From Candidatus Saccharimonadia bacterium (GTDB lineage: Bacteria > Patescibacteriota > SICC01), in contig JANWJF010000001.1 of the NCBI GenBank assembly GCA_025449535.1, forward strand, positions 303,344 to 367,343: 64,000 bases of DNA. Direction: 5' to 3'. Shown here in pieces: positions 18,735 to 29,126 of this stretch; position 1 is the first letter of the stretch, and every line of letters begins with the position of its first letter. The notes beneath the pieces are model-generated. The model worked only from the letters and a program-made list of their open reading frames with translations, ran no database searches and was not told the origin of the DNA. Both the position numbers and the translations under genes were made by a program.

Positions 18735-19325
18735 TCATTTCCCCAAATACAGCGACTGCGCGGTGATGGTCGCCTTCACTTCTCCTGACGAATCCTCCTG
18801 GACGAACTCCAGCGCCGTGACCCGGGTGAAACGATTCATGGTCTCGAGCCGGTTCACGAAGTCCAGGACGTTAGCGTAACTGCCGACGATGTCGATGCTG
18901 ACCGGAAAGGCCGGGAATCCGCCGACGTTCAGCTTGGTCTGCGCTTGGCCGGGGTTCCCGCCTTCCTGCTCGCCGCTGGTATCCACGGTAACGAGGTCCA
19001 CCCTGGTGAGCTGGGCCAGCGCCTCGAGCTCGGTTTGGTACCCGGCGATGTCCTCATGCTTCGGGACGCTCTGAAGTACCGGCGCGTAGACGGCCTCCGT
19101 CGCCGGGAGCGTCTTCTTCACCTCACGCAGGGTGTCGGTCTTCTGCCGGGCGGCGGCGATGTCCGCCTTGGCCGCGGTAATCTGGTCGGCGTGTTCCGCA
19201 AGCAAGCCCATGACCGGCCGCAGGACGAAGAAGCCGATCAGCGCGAGCACAAGGACATTCCCCGCGATCAGGTAGTAGAACCGCTGTTCGGGCTTGATCC
19301 GGAAACCGCTCAGCGCGACCTTCAT
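18735..19325 (-). CDS. pilO: Type IV pilus assembly protein PilO
   Basis: N-terminal TM, coiled coil, GSYANVLDFVNRLETMNRF. Confidence 0.8.
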   Translation of the reverse strand: MKVALSGFRIKPEQRFYYLIAGNVLVLALIGFFVLRPVMGLLAEHADQITAAKADIAAARQKTDTLREVKKTLPATEAVYAPVLQSVPKHEDIAGYQTELEALAQLTRVDLVTVDTSGEQEGGNPGQAQTKLNVGGFPAFPVSIDIVGSYANVLDFVNRLETMNRFTRVTALEFVQEDSSGEVKATITAQSLYLGK

Positions 19326-19915
19326 GACTGCGACCCTTCCAGTTCCTTGGTGTTCACCTTGATCCCGACCGTATACCGGATGACTTTGCCTTCACGGGTC
19401 GTGTTCAGGATCTGTGCCTCCTTGATGAACGGCGACTGGGCCAGTGCCAATTGGAACTGGCCGAGCGCCCGGCGGCTCTCGGTCACGCCGGTAATCTCAC
19501 TGGGATCGCCGTTCCCAGGCTGCGCGGCCTGCGCACCCGTCTGTTGTCCTTGGAACTTGACCGTCTTGATCGAGACGCCGTCGGGCGTCAGGCTCCGGAG
19601 AGCGGAGACGAGCGCCGCCCAACGGGTCGTCTCGCCTTCGGCTTTCTTGAGCTCTCCCAGCTGGAGCGCGAGCTGGTCGGCGTCCTTCTCCACGTCGAGA
19701 TATTCCGCCGCCTGGGCCTCCGCGAGCTGCTGCTCCGCCTGAAGGCTGGTCAGGTTGGCCTTGTAGACCTGGTCGAAGATCAGGAGCAGTCCGGCCATCA
19801 CCAACGCCCCGGTCACGGTCGCGATACCCGCGACGAGCGTGTAATAGTTGAGCAGGTCCGTCTTCCGGCGGCGTTGCTCCTTGTGCGGAAGCAGGTTTAG
19901 CGTGTGTGAATACAT
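19322..19915 (-). CDS. pilN: Type IV pilus assembly protein PilN
   Basis: LNLLP motif, TM, coiled coil, LTPDGVSI. Confidence 0.82.
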   Translation of the reverse strand: MYSHTLNLLPHKEQRRRKTDLLNYYTLVAGIATVTGALVMAGLLLIFDQVYKANLTSLQAEQQLAEAQAAEYLDVEKDADQLALQLGELKKAEGETTRWAALVSALRSLTPDGVSIKTVKFQGQQTGAQAAQPGNGDPSEITGVTESRRALGQFQLALAQSPFIKEAQILNTTREGKVIRYTVGIKVNTKELEGSQS

Positions 19916-20012
19916 GCGTGTGTGTTTACGGGTGGTTGCTGCAAAATTAGACAACCATAACATTATCGGGCCCAAATGTCAATGCTCTCGCGTGCGGTAC
20001 AATGGGTCCAAT

Positions 20013-20756
20013 ATGTCCGGACACAGTAAATGGAGCACCATTAAGCGAAAAAAAGGTGCAGCCGACGCGAAGCGCGGCGCGGCCTTCACTCGCTTGGCAA
20101 ACCTGCTTTCCGTCGCGGCGCGCGAAGGCGGCGGCGACCCGGAGATGAACGTCCAGCTCCGCATGGCGATCGACCAGGCCCGGGCCGAGAACATGCCGAA
20201 CGCCAACATCGACCGCGCGATCAAGCGCGGCACCGGCGAACTGCCCGGCCAGCGACCCCCGGAGTCCGTCACCTACGAGGCCTACGGCCCCGGCGGAGTG
20301 GCGTTGCTCGTGGATTGCCTGACGGACAACAAGAACCGGACCGTCTCCGACGTCCGGTCCGCGGTCACCAAACGGGGCGGTTCGCTCGGGGAGACCGGCT
20401 CGGTCGCGTACCTCTTCGACGAGAAAGGGATTCTCAAGGTGGGCAAGACCGCCGACGAGGACGAACTGATCCTGGCGGCCGCGGATGCCGGCGCGACCGA
20501 CGTGGCGGTCGCCGAAGACGCGTACGAAGTGGAGACGAGCCGGCAGGACCTGGCGAAGGTCCGTGACGCCTTGGCTGCTGGCGGATTCACGGTGCAGGGC
20601 GCGGAGTTGGCGAAGGTGCCGAAGACCGAGGTCCCGGTGACGGACGCCAAGACGGCCGAGGCCGTGGTATCGCTGGTCACCGACCTCGAATCGCTCGACG
20701 ACGTGTCCGACGTCTCGACCAACGCGGACATCGAGCCGGAGCTGGTCGGTGGCTGA
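20013..20756 (+). CDS. yebC: YebC/PmpR family protein
   Basis: MSGHSKWSTIKRKK, YEAYGPGG, TDNKNRT. Confidence 0.96.
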   Translation: MSGHSKWSTIKRKKGAADAKRGAAFTRLANLLSVAAREGGGDPEMNVQLRMAIDQARAENMPNANIDRAIKRGTGELPGQRPPESVTYEAYGPGGVALLVDCLTDNKNRTVSDVRSAVTKRGGSLGETGSVAYLFDEKGILKVGKTADEDELILAAADAGATDVAVAEDAYEVETSRQDLAKVRDALAAGGFTVQGAELAKVPKTEVPVTDAKTAEAVVSLVTDLESLDDVSDVSTNADIEPELVGG

Positions 20757-21243
20757 GTTGCGGGTCGCTGGGTTCGACCCGGGGAACGCCCGGACCGGTT
20801 ATGCCATCCTCGACGTCGACGGCAAGGACCTCCGGCTGGTGGAGGCGGGACTCATCTCCACGGAGAGCGGCGAGACCCCGGAGCGACGCCTCGCCCATAT
20901 CGCCCGCGACGTCGAGGCGGTGCTGAAGAAGCACCGGCCGCACGGGGTCGCGGTGGAGGAGTTGTTCTTCTCGAAGAACGTGACGACCGCGATCCGGGTA
21001 GCGGAAGCGCGCGGCGTCATCCTGGCGGCGGTGGCGGCAGCCGGCCTGTCCGCCGCGGAGTACGGCCCGGGGACCGTCAAGCAGCAGCTGACCGGGTTCG
21101 GCCGGGCTTCCAAGGACCAGGTCTCGACGATGGCCTGCCGTCTGGTGGGACTGCAGGAAGCGCCCAAGCCGGACGACGTCACTGACGCCATCGCCGTGGC
21201 GATCTGCCACGCGTTCCGGTTCAAGCTGGCAGCGACGGGTTAG
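20749..21243 (+). CDS. ruvC: Holliday junction resolvase RuvC
   Basis: GFDPG, VEELFF, EARG, DDVTDAIAVAICH. Confidence 0.96.
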   Translation: MAELRVAGFDPGNARTGYAILDVDGKDLRLVEAGLISTESGETPERRLAHIARDVEAVLKKHRPHGVAVEELFFSKNVTTAIRVAEARGVILAAVAAAGLSAAEYGPGTVKQQLTGFGRASKDQVSTMACRLVGLQEAPKPDDVTDAIAVAICHAFRFKLAATG

Positions 21244-21638
21244 TCCGTCTCCCGGAGCCACTCGATCGCCCTGGACTCGTCCTCGAAGACCTCGATCCGG
21301 TCCTGCCGGTTCGCCATCTTCACCATGAAGTGGAGGACCACCCGCAGCGTCGGGTTCATATGGACGATCGCCATCCGCTTGAAGTCGCGAGTAGCCATCA
21401 GGCGTCGCCAGGCCTGCACCTCCGGCTCTCCGAAGGCGCCGAGCTCTCCGACGTCGACGAGGATCATCACCGGCTCTCCCTGTTCCCGGAGCTGCTCGGC
21501 GAACTCGTCGGACTGCTCGCTGAGCTTCACGATGCCCTCCGCGGTCTGCTTGCCACGATAGTACATCCGCATGATGCCGTCGCGCCCCATCGTGACCTCG
21601 TTCTTGCCAGGTTGTTTCGTTCCGTCGGTCATGGTCAT
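21240..21638 (-). CDS. SpoIIAA-like (STAS/SEC14) domain protein
   Basis: ILVDV...RMAIV...F.DESRAIEWL pattern. Confidence 0.75.
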   Translation of the reverse strand: MTMTDGTKQPGKNEVTMGRDGIMRMYYRGKQTAEGIVKLSEQSDEFAEQLREQGEPVMILVDVGELGAFGEPEVQAWRRLMATRDFKRMAIVHMNPTLRVVLHFMVKMANRQDRIEVFEDESRAIEWLRETD

Positions 21639-22642
21639 GAATCCTGTCTCAGTGCGTGCGCCGCGTCCTCGGGAAATACCGTCACTACGATGATCCCGGT
21701 GGAGATTTCCAGCCCGCCGGGAATCGCCAGGTGCGGCAGGATGTCGATATGCCAGCGGAAGCCCCGCAGTTCCTTCTCGGTGACGTCCACCGGCGCCGTC
21801 CGGATATACGCGTTGTACGGCGGGACGCCCGCGATCCGGTTCAGTCGGCGGGACACCAGGTTGAGGATCCGCGCCAGGTGCTCGAGCTGCTCCTGCGTGA
21901 TCTCGTGGAAGTGCGATCCCGCTTGCTTCGGCATGATCCGGATATGGTAATCGGCGTAGGGCGCGAACGGGCAGTACACCAGGAACTTCGAGTTCTCGTA
22001 GATGACCCGGGACGCGTCGTGGATCTCCCGCTGGACCTCGTCCTCACCCAGTTTGCCGCGGCTCCGGTCGTAATGTTCGGCCGCGGCCTTGACCAGCCCC
22101 TCGATGTACGGCGGGACGACCGGCAATGCCACGATCTGGGTGTGCGGGTGCACGACCGAGGCGCCGGCGTCCTTGCCACGGTTGGTGAAGATTTGCACGT
22201 GCTTGATGTGCGACATGTGCGAGATGTGGTTGTACCGCTTCAGGTAGAGCTCCAGGACCGCCTGGGTCTGTTCGGGCGTGAACGAATCGAAGTCCTGGTC
22301 GGGGTCCGGCGAGTGGATGACGATCTCGTGCACACCGAAACCGTCGCGGACGTGTCCCGTATCCCGCGGCTTCCCGCCGCCGCCTTTGCCCACGAACGGG
22401 TACAGGTTCTTGATCGCCATCGCTTTCCAAGTGCTCGGCGTCCCGTACGTGGTACCGTCGTTGTTCGGGATTACGTCGACGATATCCTCCTTTCGGATGT
22501 TCTCAGGCGAGAAGGGATCGCGCCGGACCTTGGGCGACGCATGGTCGACATAGTCCTGCGGCCGCTCGGCTCGTCCCGAGGCGATCAGGACCCAACGCTT
22601 GTCCATGTGGCCGCGACGCAGTTCTGAGGGAAAGTTTTCCAT
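21635..22642 (-). CDS. galT: Galactose-1-phosphate uridylyltransferase family (HIT)
   Basis: WVLIASGRAERP, NLYP, HEIVI, GASVVHPHTQ. Confidence 0.88.
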   Translation of the reverse strand: MENFPSELRRGHMDKRWVLIASGRAERPQDYVDHASPKVRRDPFSPENIRKEDIVDVIPNNDGTTYGTPSTWKAMAIKNLYPFVGKGGGGKPRDTGHVRDGFGVHEIVIHSPDPDQDFDSFTPEQTQAVLELYLKRYNHISHMSHIKHVQIFTNRGKDAGASVVHPHTQIVALPVVPPYIEGLVKAAAEHYDRSRGKLGEDEVQREIHDASRVIYENSKFLVYCPFAPYADYHIRIMPKQAGSHFHEITQEQLEHLARILNLVSRRLNRIAGVPPYNAYIRTAPVDVTEKELRGFRWHIDILPHLAIPGGLEISTGIIVVTVFPEDAAHALRQDS

Positions 22643-22700
22643 GGTTTGAAAATTGCTTAACCATAACACAATAGTGCTTAATAGTCAAGACTCGAGGTCG

Positions 22701-23834
22701 TTATCGTGCGAGCGTCCGGTAGGCCTGAAGATACTCCCGGCCCATCTTTTCCCATGAGAACCGCTTCGTCCGGCGCTTCCCGAGCCGTTCCAGTTCCCGC
22801 CGCCGCGTCTCATCTGTGGCCAGCCGACGCATGGCGGCTGCGATCGAGTCCGGGTCGCCTGGATCCGTAAACTCAGCGGCATCGCCGGCCACTTCACGGA
22901 ACGGGAGGATATCGGAACACACTACCGCCCTGCCGAGACTCATCGCTTCCAGTAAAGGAAGTCCGAAACCCTCGTATCGGGATGGATAGACGAAAAAATC
23001 AGCTTCGTTCAAAAGGACCGTCTTGTCCACGTCATCCACGTAACCGGTACACACCAACCGATCGGACTTTCCCGCTGCGGCGAAGGCCGATTCGACCACC
23101 TTGCGCGTCTTGAGCGTTTCCGGACGGTCGAATTTGGATATGAGCACCAGTTGGTGCGGAATGGAATCCGCTATCTTGAGAAACGATTCCGCGAGCATCG
23201 GAAGGTTCTTGCGTCTCGTCCCACTGCCTACGTACAACACGAACGGTTCCGTGATGGCGTACCGTTTTTGCAGCTTCAGGAACTGGTCATGTGACTTGGG
23301 CGGCGTCAGCGAATCGAATCCGTTATGGATGACGGATACTTTACTCGCCGGGAAATCCGGACATAGCGCCGACAACTCACGCTTGGTGAATTCGGTGATA
23401 CAGACAACACTGTCGGCATTGTCGAGCGACCGGCCGAATGATTCCTTGAACGTCGCCACCTGCTGGCCGCTCAATTCGTCTTCTCCGCGCAGCGGGATCA
23501 GGTCGTGGACCGTCAGTACCGTAGGTATGGAAAGCGCGGGCGGCAGGCCGAATCCGAACGGGTTATGGAAGGCGTCGGGCCGGTCCCGCTCGATCACCGC
23601 CGCGAACCGGTCCTTCTCATATGTCGCGTTCTTGCCGGAAAGGAAGGCGGTATCGAACGGGACGAACCGCAGGTCTTTCCGGGCGATCCCGGGAAGATTG
23701 GCTGCGTACGCCTCCTGGCAGTAGACGACGAGCTCCAGGTCCTGCTTGCTCAATTCCGCGAGAAGGTTCCGGACATAGTCGTTCAACCCGCTGGTGCGAT
23801 CCGTAACGTTACGTGCGTCGACCCCTACTTTCAT
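22701..23834 (-). CDS. Glycosyltransferase GT4
   Basis: TVHDLIP, RKNL, YPSRYEGFGLPLLEAM. Confidence 0.92.
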   Translation of the reverse strand: MKVGVDARNVTDRTSGLNDYVRNLLAELSKQDLELVVYCQEAYAANLPGIARKDLRFVPFDTAFLSGKNATYEKDRFAAVIERDRPDAFHNPFGFGLPPALSIPTVLTVHDLIPLRGEDELSGQQVATFKESFGRSLDNADSVVCITEFTKRELSALCPDFPASKVSVIHNGFDSLTPPKSHDQFLKLQKRYAITEPFVLYVGSGTRRKNLPMLAESFLKIADSIPHQLVLISKFDRPETLKTRKVVESAFAAAGKSDRLVCTGYVDDVDKTVLLNEADFFVYPSRYEGFGLPLLEAMSLGRAVVCSDILPFREVAGDAAEFTDPGDPDSIAAAMRRLATDETRRRELERLGKRRTKRFSWEKMGREYLQAYRTLAR

Positions 23835-24943
23835 GCGAGCTTTCGATAGACGTTTTCATAACCGTCGATCATGCGTTCCATCGAGAACCGCTCCCGGACC
23901 TTGGCATGGGCGGACTCGCGTATCGTCCGGTACTCTTCGCCCGGCAACGAATACACCCGCTCGATCGCTTCTTGAAGCCCCTGGATCCCGGTCGCCTTGA
24001 CTTGCCAATCGCCACGGATGTCCGCGTCCGACGGGTTCACGAGGAAGCCGGTCTTCCCGTCCTCGATAATCTCGGGAGCAGCGCCGCGGGCGAACGTGAT
24101 CACCGGGGTGCCGGCGGCCATGCTCTCGATGAACGTCAGCCCGAACGGCTCTTCCCACTGGATCGGGAGCAGCGCCGCCTTGGCATCCGCGTATTGCCGC
24201 ACCCATCGCTCGCTACCAAGGTCCAGGGCTCCCGCGAATTCGATTTTTTTCGATACATGGGGGGTGATTTCCTTCTCGATGAATTCTTCCCTGCCGACGC
24301 CGGAGACCCGGAGCGAGCGCCCCGTTCCCTTCGCAGCCTGGATCGCTTCCGCGACGCCTTTCTGCTCGACCAGGCGTCCGGCGAACACGAGTTTTTCGGA
24401 ACCGTTTCCGGCCGAGTCCGGAAACCCGTCGAAGCGCATGCCATTATAGACCGTGGCGGCGTAGTTAAGATCCGGAAACAATTTCCGTTGATAATCAGAT
24501 ATGGTCACCAAGGGTTGCTTCCGGAAATAGTCCAGAATCCGCTTTTGTTCCGATCGGAACGCGTTATGCACGGTGATGACGGTGGGAGTGCGAGACAGGG
24601 AGGCCAGGGGCATGCCGAGGTATACCGGTTCGGTATGGAGGTGGATGACGTCGAACTCGTCCGCGCGCTTGTACAGTTCGGTCAGGTACATGGTCTTCTC
24701 GCCCATGCTGTCCTTGGAGTCCCATTCCTGGTGCGTCAACGAGAAGTCGAAGTCGCTTGGCGGGAGTCCCAGATCCCGTACTTCCGCCTTGGACGTGGAA
24801 CCTTCCGGGGCAAACAACGTGACCTCGTGGCTTCGCTCCGCCAAGCCGTCCGCCAGCTCACCGGTCAACGCGGCGCTGGCGGCGACCATGCTCGGGTCCG
24901 GCGGGACGGTCGTCCGGTTGCTGGCGAACAGCGCGATCCTCAT
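23831..24943 (-). CDS. Glycosyltransferase GT4
   Basis: GRLVEQKG, WEEPFGLTFIESMAAGTPV. Confidence 0.92.
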   Translation of the reverse strand: MRIALFASNRTTVPPDPSMVAASAALTGELADGLAERSHEVTLFAPEGSTSKAEVRDLGLPPSDFDFSLTHQEWDSKDSMGEKTMYLTELYKRADEFDVIHLHTEPVYLGMPLASLSRTPTVITVHNAFRSEQKRILDYFRKQPLVTISDYQRKLFPDLNYAATVYNGMRFDGFPDSAGNGSEKLVFAGRLVEQKGVAEAIQAAKGTGRSLRVSGVGREEFIEKEITPHVSKKIEFAGALDLGSERWVRQYADAKAALLPIQWEEPFGLTFIESMAAGTPVITFARGAAPEIIEDGKTGFLVNPSDADIRGDWQVKATGIQGLQEAIERVYSLPGEEYRTIRESAHAKVRERFSMERMIDGYENVYRKLA

Positions 24944-26220
24944 CGGGCCGCCAACGTCGCGTATAATTCTTTGAACTGGCCGCTGATCTTCTCCCAGGGG
25001 TAATGGTTCCGGATGGTGTAGGCGGCATTGTCGGCGACCTTGCTCCGTTTCTTCTTGTTACGCAACAGCACCTTGACGGTCTCGGCCAACGCCGCACGGT
25101 CCCCCGTGTCGACGATGAATCCGTTCAGCTCGTCGACGACGATCTCGCGGCTACCCGCCACGTCCGAAACGATCGGGGGCGTACCACAGGCCATGGCCTC
25201 GATGGTGGTCAGGCCGAACGGTTCGTACCGGCCGGCCAGTATGAACAACTGGGCCTGTCGGTATAGCGCCGCCAGCTCCTTACCGTGCGCCACGTTCCCG
25301 AGGAACGTCACCCGCCGCTCCAGCTTGTGCTTCTTGATCAGCCGTCCCAGCTGCTTCTCCGTCAATCGCTCCTCCTCGCTCTGGAACTCGTCGTGGATCG
25401 ACCCACCCATGTAGAGATGGAACGGCAACTGCTTCGGCAACCGGGCGAGCGCTTCCACGACCCGGTCCAGCCCCTTGGAGGGGACCATCCGGCTCATGGT
25501 CAGGATCGCGTTCGGCCGCAAGCCGAGCTTCTTATCCGCCGCCCTGGGCTTGGGATTGAAGACCGCGGTATCTACTCCGGGGTAGATCACGTGCAGACGC
25601 TCAAACTGCACGTCGTAATGCTGCAGCAGTTGGATCCGGTTGGTCTCGCTCAGCACCACGGTGGCGTCGGCCTGCTTCAAAATCCGCTGCTCGATCTGGT
25701 TCCGCACCTGAAACCGATACATCGACCGCAGTTCCGCCGGCGGAGTGCCTTCTGCCCGCATCTCGAGGTTCTTCACCTTGCCGGACGAGTGGGGGGTGTG
25801 GACGTGCGGTATCCGCTCGGAACGCGACAACAGCATACCGGCATACCCCCCGTCCCAGTAATGGGAATGCACTACGTCGTACCGGATCCGCTTCCGTTTC
25901 ATCCAGACCCGGACGCCTTTCACCAGCGCGGGCACGGTCTCGAAGATCTTCTCCTTGGGGATAAAATCCGTCCCATGGGCTTCTATCCGAACGATCCGGA
26001 CATCCTTACCAATAGGTTCCAACGCCGGAAGGTCGCCGAGCTGTCGGGTGAAGATGTCCACCTTGATTCCCTGCTTAGCCAGGGCTTTGGCCAACTGGAA
26101 CACGTAGATGGTCTGCCCGCCGGTGTCGGTCTTGCCGAGCGGTGGCGGATACTCCACGTGCCCGTGGGGATGGAGCATCATGGCCCGTTTCGGATGTCTC
26201 GTTTTTCTTTTGGCAGCCAT
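24940..26220 (-). CDS. GT4 glycosyltransferase, sucrose-phosphate synthase/MfpsA-like
   Basis: LGKTDTGGQTIYV, HSHYWDGG, YEPFGLTTIEAMACG. Confidence 0.82.
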   Translation of the reverse strand: MAAKRKTRHPKRAMMLHPHGHVEYPPPLGKTDTGGQTIYVFQLAKALAKQGIKVDIFTRQLGDLPALEPIGKDVRIVRIEAHGTDFIPKEKIFETVPALVKGVRVWMKRKRIRYDVVHSHYWDGGYAGMLLSRSERIPHVHTPHSSGKVKNLEMRAEGTPPAELRSMYRFQVRNQIEQRILKQADATVVLSETNRIQLLQHYDVQFERLHVIYPGVDTAVFNPKPRAADKKLGLRPNAILTMSRMVPSKGLDRVVEALARLPKQLPFHLYMGGSIHDEFQSEEERLTEKQLGRLIKKHKLERRVTFLGNVAHGKELAALYRQAQLFILAGRYEPFGLTTIEAMACGTPPIVSDVAGSREIVVDELNGFIVDTGDRAALAETVKVLLRNKKKRSKVADNAAYTIRNHYPWEKISGQFKELYATLAAR

Positions 26221-26291
26221 CTTTTAGGCCCTTATTCTACCTCGCGGGCCGGAAACCGGCACGGCGGATACACTACACTAGTATCATAATC

Positions 26292-27476
26292 GTGGAAACG
26301 GACAAGAAAACCCGGGAAGCGGCGACCTCCCTCAAGGGCACCCGCGTGCTTCATCTGAACGCGACGGCCAACGGCGGCGGCGTGGCCGAGATCCTCCGCT
26401 CCGAGGTGCCGATGCTTCAGGCGCTCGGCATCAAGGCGGACTGGCAGGTGATCAAACCGCCGGCCGGGTTCTTCGAGGTCACTAAGAAGGTCCATAACGC
26501 GTTGCAGGGCGACCACACCGGGCTGACTCCCACGGAATGGAAGTACTACGAGGACGTCAGCAAGGAACTCGCCGAGCGGGTCACGCCCGGGGATTGGGAC
26601 GTGATCATGGTCCACGATCCCCAGCCGGCCGCCATTCCCTACTTCCGGACGGACGCCAGCGACACTAAGTGGATCTGGCGGTGCCACGTGGACAGCTCCT
26701 CGCCGCATGACGGCGTCCGTAAGCGGATGACGAAGTACCTGCTGCCGTACAGCGGCGGCATCTTCAGCCTGGATTCCTACCGCCTGCCGGGCTTCCAGCC
26801 GGAACACCTGGCGATTATCCCGCCGGCGATCGACGCGGAATCACCTAAGAACCGGCCGATGGACGAGGACGAGGCGCAGGAACTGCTCCGCGCGTACAAA
26901 CTGGACCTGTCGCGGCCGTTCGTGGTGCAGGTCTCACGGTTCGACCAGTGGAAGGACCCGCTCGGGGTGCTCGAGGCCTGGCGGCTGGCCAAGCAGACCG
27001 TGCCGGAGCTGCAGCTGGTGTTGGTCGGCGACAGCGCCGACGACGATCCGCAGGCACCGATGATCCTGAAGGAGCTCCGGAGCGTCCAGGAGGCCCAGGA
27101 CGACGGCTTGCTGATCGTGGCCGACGAGGCGGACGATCGGACCGTCAAGGCGTTCCAGACATTGGCGGTGGCGGCGGTCCAGAAGTCGCTGCGGGAGGGT
27201 TTCGGCCTCACGGTGACCGAGGCGCTTTGGGCGGGAACGCCGGTGGTGGGCAGCAACGTCGGCGGCATCCCCCTGCAGGTACGGGACGGAGAGGATGGTT
27301 ACTTGGTGGAAACGATTCCCGAGGCCGCCGATCGGATCGCCGAACTGGCCGGCGATCCCGCTTTGGCCAAGCGCATGGGTGCCGCGGGACGGCGGATCGT
27401 CGAGGAAAAGTTCCTGATGCCGCGACTGGTGCGGGACGACCTGCGCATCATCAAGGCCGTGCTCGAGGACGCCTGA
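26292..27476 (+). CDS. treT: Trehalose synthase TreT-like glycosyltransferase
   Basis: NATANGGGVAEIL, HDPQP, WRCHVD, SRFDQWKDP, QKSLREGFGLTVTEA. Confidence 0.85.
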   Translation: METDKKTREAATSLKGTRVLHLNATANGGGVAEILRSEVPMLQALGIKADWQVIKPPAGFFEVTKKVHNALQGDHTGLTPTEWKYYEDVSKELAERVTPGDWDVIMVHDPQPAAIPYFRTDASDTKWIWRCHVDSSSPHDGVRKRMTKYLLPYSGGIFSLDSYRLPGFQPEHLAIIPPAIDAESPKNRPMDEDEAQELLRAYKLDLSRPFVVQVSRFDQWKDPLGVLEAWRLAKQTVPELQLVLVGDSADDDPQAPMILKELRSVQEAQDDGLLIVADEADDRTVKAFQTLAVAAVQKSLREGFGLTVTEALWAGTPVVGSNVGGIPLQVRDGEDGYLVETIPEAADRIAELAGDPALAKRMGAAGRRIVEEKFLMPRLVRDDLRIIKAVLEDA

Positions 27477-27492
27477 GGCCTATACTGGAACC

Positions 27493-28059
27493 ATGATCGC
27501 CCAACTCCGAGGAACGCTGCTGAGCAAGGAACCGTCCGGGGTCGTCCTCGAGACCGGCGGCGTCGGCTACCTGGTGACGGTACCCGTCTCCACGCTGACG
27601 GAGCTGCCCGCGGTCGGCGGCGAGGCGACGCTGCACACCCACCAGTACGTCCGCGAGGATGTGCTGGCGTTGTACGGTTTCGCGACCACCGCGGAACGGC
27701 GCCTGTTCACCCAGCTGATCGGAGTTTCCGGCATCGGCCCGAAGGTCGCGCTGGCGATCCTCTCGCTCTCGAATCCCGACGATATCCGCGCGGCGATCGC
27801 CTCCGGGGATGCGGAGTTCCTGGCCTCCGTGCCGGGCATCGGCAAGAAGACGGCCGAACGCGTCGTGGTCGACCTGCAGGACAAGATGGACATGGTGACC
27901 AGCGAGGGCGCGCCCCGCGGCCAGGACGAGGCCGTCGAGGCGTTGGTGTCCCTCGGCTACTCGAACGCCGAGGCCCGCAAGGCGGTGTCTGCCGTGGCCG
28001 CCGGCGCCGACTCCACCGAGGCCGTGATCAAGGCCGCGCTGAAGGAGCTGTCGTCATGA
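27493..28059 (+). CDS. ruvA: Holliday junction branch migration protein RuvA
   Basis: GVGY, VREDVLALYGF, GIGPKVAL, GIGKKTAER. Confidence 0.96.
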   Translation: MIAQLRGTLLSKEPSGVVLETGGVGYLVTVPVSTLTELPAVGGEATLHTHQYVREDVLALYGFATTAERRLFTQLIGVSGIGPKVALAILSLSNPDDIRAAIASGDAEFLASVPGIGKKTAERVVVDLQDKMDMVTSEGAPRGQDEAVEALVSLGYSNAEARKAVSAVAAGADSTEAVIKAALKELSS

Positions 28060-29087
28060 GCGACCAGCCCGCCGAGGACCGGCTGCTCTCCCCGGCGACC
28101 TCCGAGACCGACGTGGCGCTCGACGTGGCGCTCCGCCCGAAGACGCTTAAGGATTACGTCGGCCAGGGGGACATCAAGGAATCGCTCGGGATCATGATCG
28201 AGGCGGCCAAGGGACGCAAGGAGACGATCGACCACCTGCTCTTCTACGGTCCGCCGGGACTCGGCAAGACGACGCTGGCCGGGGTGATCGCCCACGAGAC
28301 CGAGGCGTCGCTGACCACCACTAGCGGGCCGGCGATCGAGCGGGCCGGCGACCTGGCCTCCATCCTCACCAACCTCGGACCAGGAGACGTGCTGTTCATC
28401 GACGAGATCCATCGGCTGCCCAAGGTCGTAGAGGAGATGCTCTATCCGGCGATGGAGGACCGTAAGATCGACATCGTGCTCGGCAAGGGCCCGGGCGCCC
28501 GCTCGGTACGGCTCGACCTGGAACCGTTCACGATCATCGGCGCGACCACCAAGGTCGGGGCACTGAGTTCGCCGCTGCGCGACCGGTTCGGCGCTACGTA
28601 CCAACTGGCGTTCTACTCGGACGACGAGATGCGGAAGATCCTGGCCCGCTCCGCGAAGATCCTCGGCGTGCAGTCGGACGCGGCGGCGCTAAAGGCCCTG
28701 TCCGGACGCAGCCGCAGCACGCCACGCGTGGCGAACCGCCTACTCAAGCGCGCCCGCGACTGGGCGCAGACCCGAGGGAACGGGACGGTGGACGGCCCGG
28801 CCGCGGAGGAATCGCTCAAACTGGAAGGCGTGGACGAGCTCGGCCTGGACGCCACGGACCGACGCCTGCTCGAGACGGTGATCAAGAAGTTCAAGGGCGG
28901 ACCGGTCGGACTGGGCACGTTGGCGGCCGCCGTCAGCGACGAGGCGGAGACGATCGAGGAAGTCTACGAGCCCTTCCTGATCCAGCTCGGACTGATCGAA
29001 CGCACCCCGCGCGGCCGGAAGGCCACGGAGCGGGCGTTCTCCCACCTCGGCATCCAGGCACCGACGGGTCAGAAGAAACTGATCTAG
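28056..29087 (+). CDS. ruvB: Holliday junction DNA helicase RuvB
   Basis: LRPK, GPPGLGKTT, DEIHRL, PLRDRFG. Confidence 0.97.
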   Translation: MSDQPAEDRLLSPATSETDVALDVALRPKTLKDYVGQGDIKESLGIMIEAAKGRKETIDHLLFYGPPGLGKTTLAGVIAHETEASLTTTSGPAIERAGDLASILTNLGPGDVLFIDEIHRLPKVVEEMLYPAMEDRKIDIVLGKGPGARSVRLDLEPFTIIGATTKVGALSSPLRDRFGATYQLAFYSDDEMRKILARSAKILGVQSDAAALKALSGRSRSTPRVANRLLKRARDWAQTRGNGTVDGPAAEESLKLEGVDELGLDATDRRLLETVIKKFKGGPVGLGTLAAAVSDEAETIEEVYEPFLIQLGLIERTPRGRKATERAFSHLGIQAPTGQKKLI

Positions 29088-29126
29088 GTTGCTAATCCCG
29101 GCCGGCGGCGGTACGCTCGTAAAACC

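Noticed and set aside
19945-19975. Identical MLWLSNF N-termini in two ORF-track proteins (also 22649-22669)
   Set aside because: Translation of shared promoter sequence upstream of the real ATGs
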